Positions 56,458 through 64,000 of a DNA stretch of 64,000 nt are shown here, piece after piece. Location: positions 2,236 through 66,235 of the forward strand of contig JAUVWW010000004.1 in NCBI GenBank assembly GCA_030603885.1, in the 5' to 3' direction. The first letter of the stretch is position 1. Every line of letters starts with the position of its first letter. This DNA comes from a bacterium (GTDB lineage: Bacteria; Patescibacteriota; JABMPQ01; JAUVWW01). The translations under genes were made by a program, and so were the position numbers. The notes below the pieces were generated by a model, which made no database searches, was not told where the DNA came from, and saw nothing but the letters and a program-made list of their open reading frames with translations.

Positions 56458-57519
56458 ATGTCAAATTCTATTTTAGTCATCAATTCAGGATCAACCTCAT
56501 TAAAGTATAAGCTTTTTAATGCTAAGAATTTCCGAGAGCTTAAGTCTGGGTATATTCAGGATATTGGAACTAGCAAAGTTAAGAATCACGAGCAAGCCCT
56601 GAAGATAGCCTTAAAAGAAATTGATGATTTAGAAAATATTAAGGCCGTAGGTCATCGGATAGTTCATGGTGGAGAAGAGTTTGTTCAGCCTACTTTGATT
56701 ACTAAATCCGTTTTAAGAAGACTGGCAAAATATAATAAACTAGCACCTTTGCATAACCCTGCCAATTTAATGGGTATAAAGGCTTGTCTTAAGCTTTTGC
56801 CTAAGATTCCTAATCTAACTGTTTTTGATACTTCTTTTCATCAGACTATTCCCAAGAAAGCCTATCTTTATGCTTTGCCTTTAAAATATTACAAAAAATA
56901 CAGAATTAGGCGTTATGGATTTCATGGAATCTCCCACCAGTATGTAGCAGAAGAAGCAGCTAAAAAGCTAAAAAAACCTTTAGATAAGCTAAAAATCATT
57001 ACTTGTCATCTTGGCGGAGGATGTTCAATTACTGCTATCGATAAGGGAAAATCAGTTGATACTTCCATGGGATTTACTCCAGCCGAAGGCCTGGTAATGA
57101 TGACTAGATCTGGGGATATTGATCCAGCTATTATTTTATTTTTACAGAGGGAACTTAGACTTGATCCAGATCAGATAGATAAGATTATTAATTTTCAAAG
57201 TGGAATGTTAGGACTTTGTGGAGAAGAGAACATGCTTAAAGTACTCGATAAAATTAAGCGAGGAAATAAATTAGCTAAGCTTGCTTTTGATATTTTTGTT
57301 TATCGGATTCAAAAATATATCGGAGCATATTATGCTGCCTTGGGTGGCCTAGATGCTCTGGTTTTTACTGGAGCCATTGGAGCAGGAAAACCCAAGACTA
57401 GAAATGCCATATCTCAAGGAATAAAACATATTCTTAGAAGAGTCAAAGTCTTGGCTATTTCTACGGACGAAGAGTTAATGATTGCTAGAGAAACTCTCAA
57501 AGTAATTCAAAATCTATAA
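56458..57519 (+). CDS. ackA: Acetate/propionate kinase
   Basis: INSGSTSLK, GHRIVHGG, APLHNP, FDTSFH, RYGFHG.SH, TSMG.TP, TDEE. Confidence 0.95.
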   Translation: MSNSILVINSGSTSLKYKLFNAKNFRELKSGYIQDIGTSKVKNHEQALKIALKEIDDLENIKAVGHRIVHGGEEFVQPTLITKSVLRRLAKYNKLAPLHNPANLMGIKACLKLLPKIPNLTVFDTSFHQTIPKKAYLYALPLKYYKKYRIRRYGFHGISHQYVAEEAAKKLKKPLDKLKIITCHLGGGCSITAIDKGKSVDTSMGFTPAEGLVMMTRSGDIDPAIILFLQRELRLDPDQIDKIINFQSGMLGLCGEENMLKVLDKIKRGNKLAKLAFDIFVYRIQKYIGAYYAALGGLDALVFTGAIGAGKPKTRNAISQGIKHILRRVKVLAISTDEELMIARETLKVIQNL

Positions 57520-57523
57520 AAAT

Positions 57524-58426
57524 ATGATAGATCAAATTATCGGCGTTGACCTCGGTGCCACAAAAATTGCCACAGGATTAGTTAACCAAAAAGGTAAAGT
57601 GGTAAAGAAAGTAAAAATTGCTACAGAGGCAGAAAAGGGAATTGATAAAGTGGTAGAAAATGTAGTTTTTTCCATTGAGCAAGTTGCGCCTGAGAAAGTT
57701 AGTAAAATTGGTTTAGCTTGCGCTGGACAAATAGATATTAAAAAGGGAGTTATAGTTTATTCTCCCAATTTAAAATGGAAAAGAATTCCTTTGGTTAGAT
57801 TAGTCTCTCAAAAGATTGAAAAAGAGCTAGCCTGGGAAGATTTTAAAATCTTTATTGATAATGATGCTAATTGTTTTGCTTTAGCTGAAGCCATATACGG
57901 AGTAGCTAGAGGGAAAAAATATGTAGTAGGGCTGACTTTGGGAACTGGTATTGGCTCTGGCATTGTCATAAATAAAAAAATCTATCATGGTCAGACCTTT
58001 GCCTCAGAAGCTGGACACATGATTGTTGAGCCAGAAGGAAGAGAATGTGCCTGTGGAAGAAAAGGACACCTTGAAGCTTATGCTTCAGGAGGAGCTATAG
58101 AAAGAAAATACAAAGAACTAACTGGCCGAAAAAAGATCGCTACTGATATAGAGATTGAAGCTTTGCAAAACAAGGAATCAGAAGCCTTTCAAATCTATCA
58201 AGAAGCAGGAAAATATTTAGGAATAGGCCTGGCTAATATAGCTAGTATCTTAGATCCAGAGATAATCGTTTTAGGCGGGGGATTAGCCAGATCAGATTTA
58301 CTTATTGATAAAGCTAAAGTTGAGTTTGAAAAAGAGATATTTTTTAGAGACAAAGCTACAAAAATAATAAAAACAAAACTAGGAGATGATGCTGGAATTA
58401 TCGGAGCAGCCTGTATTGCGAAGTAA
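57524..58426 (+). CDS. ROK-family sugar kinase (glucokinase-like)
   Basis: GVDLGATK, NDAN, LGTGIG, EAGH, CACG..GHLE. Confidence 0.92.
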   Translation: MIDQIIGVDLGATKIATGLVNQKGKVVKKVKIATEAEKGIDKVVENVVFSIEQVAPEKVSKIGLACAGQIDIKKGVIVYSPNLKWKRIPLVRLVSQKIEKELAWEDFKIFIDNDANCFALAEAIYGVARGKKYVVGLTLGTGIGSGIVINKKIYHGQTFASEAGHMIVEPEGRECACGRKGHLEAYASGGAIERKYKELTGRKKIATDIEIEALQNKESEAFQIYQEAGKYLGIGLANIASILDPEIIVLGGGLARSDLLIDKAKVEFEKEIFFRDKATKIIKTKLGDDAGIIGAACIAK

Positions 58427-58491
58427 GAATTGTATTTTGCTTAAAAATTTGAAACATAGTAAAATAAAGGCATAATTAGCCTTTATTTTTT

Positions 58492-60189
58492 ATGACTAAA
58501 CGTTGGGAGATTGCCAAATCAGCGTCCAAAGATTTCATCAAAAAATTTCCAGAATTTTCTCCTTTGGTTTTGCAACTTTTGTATAATCGTGGACTGACTA
58601 CTCAAACTCAAATCGATGAGTTTTTTAATCCAGACTATGAAAGTGATCTTCATGATCCTTTTTTGTTTTCAGACATGGAAGAAGCAGTTGTTCGTATCTT
58701 AAAAGCGGCTAAAAATAAGGAAAAAGTGGCTGTTTATGGAGATTATGATGCTGATGGAGTCACAGCTACAGTACTTCTGGTTGAACTTTTAAAAAAGCTG
58801 GGTATCTCAGGACAAGTTTATATTCCAGATCGAAGAAAAGAAGGATATGGACTAAATAAAAAATCCATTGAGTGGTTATCTTTAAAAAAAGTAAGTTTGA
58901 TTGTCACTTGTGATTGTGGAGTAAGCAATTATAAAGAAGTAGAATATGCCAAAGCTAAAGGAATAGATACGGTTATTTGTGATCATCATCACATAGCCCA
59001 TAAGTTACCCAAAGCCTACGCAGTTATTTGTGCTAAGAAAAAAGAGGATAAATATCCATATAAAGAATTAACCGGAGTAGGAGTAGCCTTTAAATTAGCC
59101 CAAGCTATTCAATCGAAGCCAGAGGCCGGATTAGAATCTGGATTTGAAAAATGGTTTTTGGATCTGGTCTGCTTGGGAACCATAGCTGATATTGCTCCTC
59201 TTTTAGGAGAAAATAGAACTTTAGTAAAATATGGACTTTCCATCTTAGAAAAAACTCAACGCCTGGGTCTTGTAGCTTTAATAAAGATGGCTGGCATAAA
59301 TTCAGAGAAACTAAATACTCATTCAGTTGGATATTTGTTAGTGCCTAAGCTAAATGCGGCGGGAAGAATGAATCATGCTAATAATGCTTATAAGTTAATT
59401 GTGGCAGGGACAGAAGCTGAAGCTAAAAAATATGCTAGACAACTTGAGAAAGCAAATAGAGAGAGACAAAAGATTCAAGGAAAAATCTTTGAAGAAGTTA
59501 AAGATAGAGTAAAAGATGTTAAAGAAAAAGGAATTATTTTTGAAGCAGACGCTAGTTGGCCAGCTGGGATAGTAGGTATTGTAGCTTCAAAATTAGTTGA
59601 GGAATACTCACGGCCTATACTGCTTATGGAGAAGGATAAAGAAGAAAGTACTGGCTCTGCGAGAAGTATTTCGGGTTTCAATATCATTGAAGCCATAACT
59701 CAGTGTTCTGATATTCTTTTAGAATATGGAGGCCACTCTATGGCAGCTGGATTTACTTTGGAAAATAAAAATTTAGAGGAGTTTAAAAAACGACTTGAAG
59801 ATTTGGCTAAAAAAAAGCTAAAAGATGAGGACTTAATACCCAGTGTCAGAATAGATGTTGAGATTACACCAAAAGAGATTAATTGGGAATTATATGAACA
59901 AATAGAAAAATTTGCTCCTTTTGGTGGAGGAAATGAAGAGCCAGTATTTTCCTTGAAAGAAATGAAAATTGTTGATGTGCTTGGGGTAGGGTTTCAGCAA
60001 AAGCATCTTAAACTAAAATTGGCTGACACAGAAAATAGAGTTTGGCAAGCTATTGGCTTTAATTTTGGTGAATGGAAAGATAAGCTTAAAATAGGAGATT
60101 TAGTAGATATAGCTTTTGAGCTAGAGGAGCATGAGTGGAATGGAAAAAGGGAATTAGAGTTGAAACTTGTTGATCTAAAATTAGGCTAG
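58492..60189 (+). CDS. recJ: Single-stranded-DNA exonuclease RecJ
   Basis: GDYDADG, DHH, GTIAD, NAAGR, GSARS, GGH.MAAG. Confidence 0.97.
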   Translation: MTKRWEIAKSASKDFIKKFPEFSPLVLQLLYNRGLTTQTQIDEFFNPDYESDLHDPFLFSDMEEAVVRILKAAKNKEKVAVYGDYDADGVTATVLLVELLKKLGISGQVYIPDRRKEGYGLNKKSIEWLSLKKVSLIVTCDCGVSNYKEVEYAKAKGIDTVICDHHHIAHKLPKAYAVICAKKKEDKYPYKELTGVGVAFKLAQAIQSKPEAGLESGFEKWFLDLVCLGTIADIAPLLGENRTLVKYGLSILEKTQRLGLVALIKMAGINSEKLNTHSVGYLLVPKLNAAGRMNHANNAYKLIVAGTEAEAKKYARQLEKANRERQKIQGKIFEEVKDRVKDVKEKGIIFEADASWPAGIVGIVASKLVEEYSRPILLMEKDKEESTGSARSISGFNIIEAITQCSDILLEYGGHSMAAGFTLENKNLEEFKKRLEDLAKKKLKDEDLIPSVRIDVEITPKEINWELYEQIEKFAPFGGGNEEPVFSLKEMKIVDVLGVGFQQKHLKLKLADTENRVWQAIGFNFGEWKDKLKIGDLVDIAFELEEHEWNGKRELELKLVDLKLG

Positions 60190-60203
60190 TGCTACGCAAA
60201 TCC

Positions 60204-60626
60204 ATGAAATACAATAAACTTACAATTTATACCGATGGTGGAGCAAGAGGTAATCCTGGTCCAGCTGGGATGGCAGTGGTTATCTACGATGAGAATGGCA
60301 AATTAATAGGCCAACACTCAAAGTTCATTGGCAGAGCCACCAATAACCAAGCAGAATACAAAGCTTTAATTTTTGGTTTAGAAAAAGCTAAAAATTTAAG
60401 GGCTAAAGAAGCAAGATGTTTTTTAGATTCAGAGCTTATAGCTAGACAGCTTACTGGACAATATCGAGTAAAGGATAAGGATTTAAAGCCTCTTTTTGCA
60501 AAAATATTACAATTGACAAATAATTTTGATTCTGTAACCTTTAGACATATTTCGAGAGAGGAGAATAAATTGGCAGACAAATTGGTAAATTTGGCTATAA
60601 ATAAAGGAATAATCGATAAAGGTTGA
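60204..60626 (+). CDS. rnhA: Ribonuclease HI family protein
   Basis: YTDGGARGNPGPAG, TNNQAEY, DSEL, REEN..AD. Confidence 0.93.
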   Translation: MKYNKLTIYTDGGARGNPGPAGMAVVIYDENGKLIGQHSKFIGRATNNQAEYKALIFGLEKAKNLRAKEARCFLDSELIARQLTGQYRVKDKDLKPLFAKILQLTNNFDSVTFRHISREENKLADKLVNLAINKGIIDKG

Positions 60627-60650
60627 CTTTTTTTCTAGTTTTGTTATACT
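60623..60650 (+). promoter_or_regulatory. Promoter for rnpB
   Basis: TTGACT-16 bp-TATACT with extended TG. Confidence 0.7.
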
Positions 60651-60657
60651 TGAATGA

Positions 60658-61034
60658 GCCCAAGTGGACTAGATGATCGCCCCCGCGTAATGGGGGGAGG
60701 AAAGTCCGAACACCCTTTGTTCTTCATGGCAAACCATTAGCGAACAAAGAAGTGGGTGCTGGGTAATTCCCAGCGGTCCTGCAGTAATGTAGGGTTAGGG
60801 AAAGTGCCACAGAGACTATACTAGCTTATAGCTCGTAGCTTTAGGCAAAAGGTGAAAAGTATGAGGATGTATCTCGAGATGCTACCTCGTTTCCTCCCGG
60901 GTGACTGGGATGGATGGCAAACCCCACCTGGTGCAAGACCAAACAATGGTTGGTTGCTTGACCCCTCAAGTAATCGAGGGGCTAGATAGATGATCATCTG
61001 AAAAAACAGAATTCGGCTTATGGTCCACTTGGGC
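60658..61034 (+). ncRNA. rnpB: RNase P RNA
   Basis: GAGGAAAGTCC, AGTGCCACAG, AAACCCC..GTGCAAG and ACAGAATTCGGCTTA conserved segments; P1 GCCCAAGTGGAC/GTCCACTTGGGC. Confidence 0.96.
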
Positions 61035-61051
61035 CCTAAATAAATTAATAC

Positions 61052-62437
61052 ATGAAAAGATCGGAATTAATCTTTACTGCCCTTCTTGTACCTTTGGACT
61101 TTTTTATGGTACTGCTATCTAGTGTCCTTGCCTACTGGATTCGTTTTCATCCAAGAATTCAAGCTATTCGTCCTATAATATTTAAGCTTCCTTTTCAAGA
61201 ATATATAGTTTTTGTTTTAGCCATTGTCCCTTTTTGGCTTTTGATTTTTGCTATATCTGGTCTTTACAATATTAAAAGAAGAAAGAGATTTATAGATGAA
61301 TTTACTCGAGTTTTCGTTGCTGCCTCTGCTTCCATGTCAGCTGTTATCATCTTTGCTTTCTTTATCAGACAGCTTTTCGAATCCAGATTTATAGTTCTTG
61401 TAGTTTGGTTTTTTAGTATTATTTTGGTAACATTAGGAAGATTTAGTATAGATTCTGTCCGAAGATGGCTCTTTAGATATGGATATGGAATACACCGGTT
61501 AGTGGTAGTAGGTGATACTTTAGAAGCTCGGCGGCTTGTGCATGCTATTAAGACTAATCCAAGAGTTGGCTATCAAGTGGTAGGGAAAATACCAGGTATT
61601 AATGGTGAGGCATGGGAGGAGTTAGAAAAGATAAATCAAAAACCAGGCATAGACGAGATCATGCAGTGTGATCCAACTTTGTCTAAAGAGAAGGTCCTAG
61701 ATTTAATAGATTTTTGTCACGAAAGAAAACTTGACTTTATGTATGCTCCAGATCTTTTTGGATGTGAAGCCACTAATATAGATGTAAGAACCTTAGCTGG
61801 TGTTCCCTTAGTTGAGTTAAGACGAACTCCTCTGGAGGGATGGGGGAGGATAATAAAAAGAACTGTCGATGTAATAGGAGCAATTTTAGGTCTTATTTTA
61901 CTTTTTCCTTTATTTTTAATAGTAGCTTTAGTTATAAAGATTGACTCAGAAGGTCCTATATTTGTAAAACTAACTAGAGTAGGCTATACTGGAGAATTCC
62001 CTCTTTTGAAGTTTCGATCTATGGTCAAAAATGCTCATGCTTTAAAGAAGAAGTTGTTGAAACTTTCAGAAAGGAAAGGTCCTTTATTTAAGATGAAGTC
62101 TGATCCTAGAATTACAAGATCTGGAAGATGGCTTAGAAAGACTCGAATTGATGAACTTCCACAGCTTTTCAATGTTCTTGTAGGCCAAATGTCGCTGGTA
62201 GGCCCAAGGCCCCATGAGCCAGAGGAAGTAGCCCAATATAAAAAGCATCATAAGAAAGTTTTAGCTATCAATCCAGGAATGACAGGCATGGCTCAAGTTT
62301 CAGGTGCTGCTGGTCTAGATTTCGAAGACGAAGTAAAACTAGATACCTATTATATTGAGAATTGGTCCTTGAAGTTAGATTTTACCATTTTACTTAGAAC
62401 CTTAGGGGTGGTACTAATTGGCAGAGGAGCCATATAA
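61052..62437 (+). CDS. Polyprenyl-phosphate sugar phosphotransferase (WcaJ/WbaP-like)
   Basis: KR..D, KFRSM, DPRIT, RIDELPQL.NV..G.MSLVGPRP, PGMTG.AQV. Confidence 0.95.
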   Translation: MKRSELIFTALLVPLDFFMVLLSSVLAYWIRFHPRIQAIRPIIFKLPFQEYIVFVLAIVPFWLLIFAISGLYNIKRRKRFIDEFTRVFVAASASMSAVIIFAFFIRQLFESRFIVLVVWFFSIILVTLGRFSIDSVRRWLFRYGYGIHRLVVVGDTLEARRLVHAIKTNPRVGYQVVGKIPGINGEAWEELEKINQKPGIDEIMQCDPTLSKEKVLDLIDFCHERKLDFMYAPDLFGCEATNIDVRTLAGVPLVELRRTPLEGWGRIIKRTVDVIGAILGLILLFPLFLIVALVIKIDSEGPIFVKLTRVGYTGEFPLLKFRSMVKNAHALKKKLLKLSERKGPLFKMKSDPRITRSGRWLRKTRIDELPQLFNVLVGQMSLVGPRPHEPEEVAQYKKHHKKVLAINPGMTGMAQVSGAAGLDFEDEVKLDTYYIENWSLKLDFTILLRTLGVVLIGRGAI

Positions 62438-62482
62438 CTAACTCGTTAAGCCTTTTAAGCTTGAACAGCTTAATTAGTTAAC

Positions 62483-63598
62483 ATGAAGGTAGCATTAGTT
62501 CACGATTTTCTAAATCAGGTGGGAGGGGCAGAAAAAGTGCTTCAAGTTTTTCATGAAATTTTTCCTAAAGCACCTGTTTTTACAGTTGTTTATGATCCGG
62601 AAGAAACAAGGGGTGAATTTGACGATTTAGATATTCGTACTACATTTATTCAAGGAATACCTTTTGGAGTAAAAAGATACAAGTGGTTTTTATCTTGGAT
62701 GCCGGCAGCTATAGAACGTTTTGATTTTTCAAAATATGATTTAGTTTTATCTGACAGTACAGCCTTTGCTAAAGGAATTATCACTAGACCAGAAACTTTA
62801 CATATTTCTTATTGTCATACCCCCACTCGTTATTTATGGAGTGATACCTACTCTTATACAGCGGAACTAAAGCAGCCTAAGATTATAAAAAGTTTTTTAC
62901 CTTTTGTTCTAAATAGAATTAGACTATGGGATAGACTAGCAGCAGATAGAGTAGATAAATTTATTGCTAATAGCCATTTCGTTCGTGAGCGAATTAAGAA
63001 ATATTATGGACGGGAAAGTACAGTCATATACCCCCCAGTAGAAGCCAGAAAGATCCCTTTTTCTAATCCTCAAAAGGTAGAGAATTATTATCTAATAGTA
63101 TCGAGACTCCGACCTTATAAAAGAGTTGATCTGGCTATTGATGCTTTTAATGCTTTAGGTATACCATTGAAAGTAGTAGGCATAGGGGAAGAATATCTAA
63201 AATTAAAGAATATAGCCAAGAAAAATATCGAATTTTTAGGCTCTGTCTCAGATAAAGAAAGAAATAAACTACTTAGCTCATGTATTGCCTTTATTCACCC
63301 TCAGGAGGAAGATTTTGGAATTTCAGCAGTAGAAGCTATGGCTGCAGGTCGGCCTGTTATTGCTTACAAAAGTGGAGGAGCACTAGAGACTGTCAAGAAA
63401 GGGGAAACCGGAGAATTTTTTGAAGATCAAACGCCTTGGTGTTTAGTAGACGCAGTCAGAGAATTCATGCCAGAAAAGTACGACCCCAAGGTTATTAGGA
63501 AACAAGCTTTACAATTTGACACCTCTATCTTTAAAAGGGAAATTAAAGATTTTATAGAGAAAGCCTATAAAGAACATAAAAACAATTTAACAATATAA
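62483..63598 (+). CDS. GT4 glycosyltransferase (WbaZ-like)
   Basis: KVALVHD...GGAEKV, YCHTPTRY, EEDFGI..VEAMAAG.PV. Confidence 0.92.
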   Translation: MKVALVHDFLNQVGGAEKVLQVFHEIFPKAPVFTVVYDPEETRGEFDDLDIRTTFIQGIPFGVKRYKWFLSWMPAAIERFDFSKYDLVLSDSTAFAKGIITRPETLHISYCHTPTRYLWSDTYSYTAELKQPKIIKSFLPFVLNRIRLWDRLAADRVDKFIANSHFVRERIKKYYGRESTVIYPPVEARKIPFSNPQKVENYYLIVSRLRPYKRVDLAIDAFNALGIPLKVVGIGEEYLKLKNIAKKNIEFLGSVSDKERNKLLSSCIAFIHPQEEDFGISAVEAMAAGRPVIAYKSGGALETVKKGETGEFFEDQTPWCLVDAVREFMPEKYDPKVIRKQALQFDTSIFKREIKDFIEKAYKEHKNNLTI

Positions 63599-63651
63599 GA
63601 ACCTCTCGCTTCGCTCAAGAACCTTGTTATTCACTTCGTTCATAATAACAA
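63595..63651. repeat. AGAACC hairpin element, copy 4 (two mini-hairpins)
   Basis: ATAAGAACCT-CTCGCTTCGCTC-AAGAACCTTG-TTATTCACTTCGTTCATAATAACAA, overlapping the upstream stop codon. Confidence 0.8.
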
Positions 63652-63659
63652 ATAAAGCC

Positions 63660-64000
63660 ATGTCTCCAAAAAACTATCTAAAAGTAATATCAGATCATAA
63701 AGTAGTCGTCATAGTCTGTGTGATATTAGTTGGTCTTCTTGCTTTTATTTTTGCCATGCTTGTACCTAAAAGCTATGATGCCATTCTTACTTTATCAGTT
63801 CATAGAATAAATAGAGAGGAAACAGAAGATTTTCAATACGATAATTATTATGCTATTCAGGCAGCAGAACTTCTGACAGACACCATGGTAAATTGGCTAG
63901 CTACTCCGGATGTAGCCGTAGTCATCTATAATAAGGCAGGGATAACACCTGATGTTGAAGATCTTACCAAGCTATCTAAAAAATTTAGAGCTAGACAACT
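63660..64000 (+). CDS. Wzz/CapA-like chain-length determinant, 5' part (runs off the window)
   Basis: Open frame from ATG 63660 (MSPKNYLKVI...TM...PKSYDAILTLSV...), within a polysaccharide locus. Confidence 0.65.
   Translation, partial: MSPKNYLKVISDHKVVVIVCVILVGLLAFIFAMLVPKSYDAILTLSVHRINREETEDFQYDNYYAIQAAELLTDTMVNWLATPDVAVVIYNKAGITPDVEDLTKLSKKFRARQ

Noticed and set aside
339-60580. Many short opposite-strand or off-frame ORFs in the track (for example 339-578, 2520-2768, 16220-16663, 30413-31051, 50416-50763)
   Set aside because: They lie within well-supported conserved genes and show no motifs or RBS; they are shadow ORFs.
1-64000. CRISPR array, cas genes, transposases, integrases, prophage genes
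   Set aside because: No regularly spaced repeat-spacer array and no ORF with such motifs; the repeats found are dispersed single copies.
1-64000. Alternative genetic code (UGA read as Gly, as in Gracilibacteria)
   Set aside because: Conserved genes are full length in code 11, and TGA acts as a stop at 6483 and 60626.

Overview
AT-rich bacterial chromosomal segment read in genetic code 11. It is most consistent with a Candidate Phyla Radiation (Patescibacteria, Parcubacteria-like) genome: rpmD/L30 is absent from the spc cluster, many ribosomal proteins carry long Lys/Glu/Ala/Pro extensions, ComEC is split, and core genes mostly lack a Shine-Dalgarno site. In order, the window holds: (1) ftsA end and ftsZ; (2) a cobalamin/dNTP locus with class II ribonucleotide reductase nrdJ, a CobO/BtuR adenosyltransferase, a cobalamin riboswitch, a DUF4430-like lipoprotein, a DUF6580-like membrane protein, a P-loop kinase, dCMP deaminase and comEC; (3) two inserted minus-strand genes, one behind a roughly 280-nt highly structured leader; (4) the ComEC-type MBL, an MGDG-synthase-like glycosyltransferase, ndk, tRNA-Pro, rpmB and rpsL-rpsG-fusA; (5) about 10 kb of accessory DNA, including a co-oriented minus-strand gene array with attC-like remnants; (6) tuf and the S10-spc ribosomal cluster through secY-adk-map; (7) a galT/glycolysis/PduL-AckA cluster; (8) recJ, rnhA, RNase P RNA and the start of a polysaccharide locus. 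The strongest leads are a riboswitch-controlled two-gene B12 uptake candidate, a candidate novel ncRNA coupled to an HD-domain gene, MinD/FtsY-like amphipathic tails on tunnel-exit ribosomal proteins L22 and L23, a dispersed family of GAA-triloop/tandem-GA hairpin elements, and a decayed integron-like cassette array. All family assignments come from motif recognition by eye; no searches were run.
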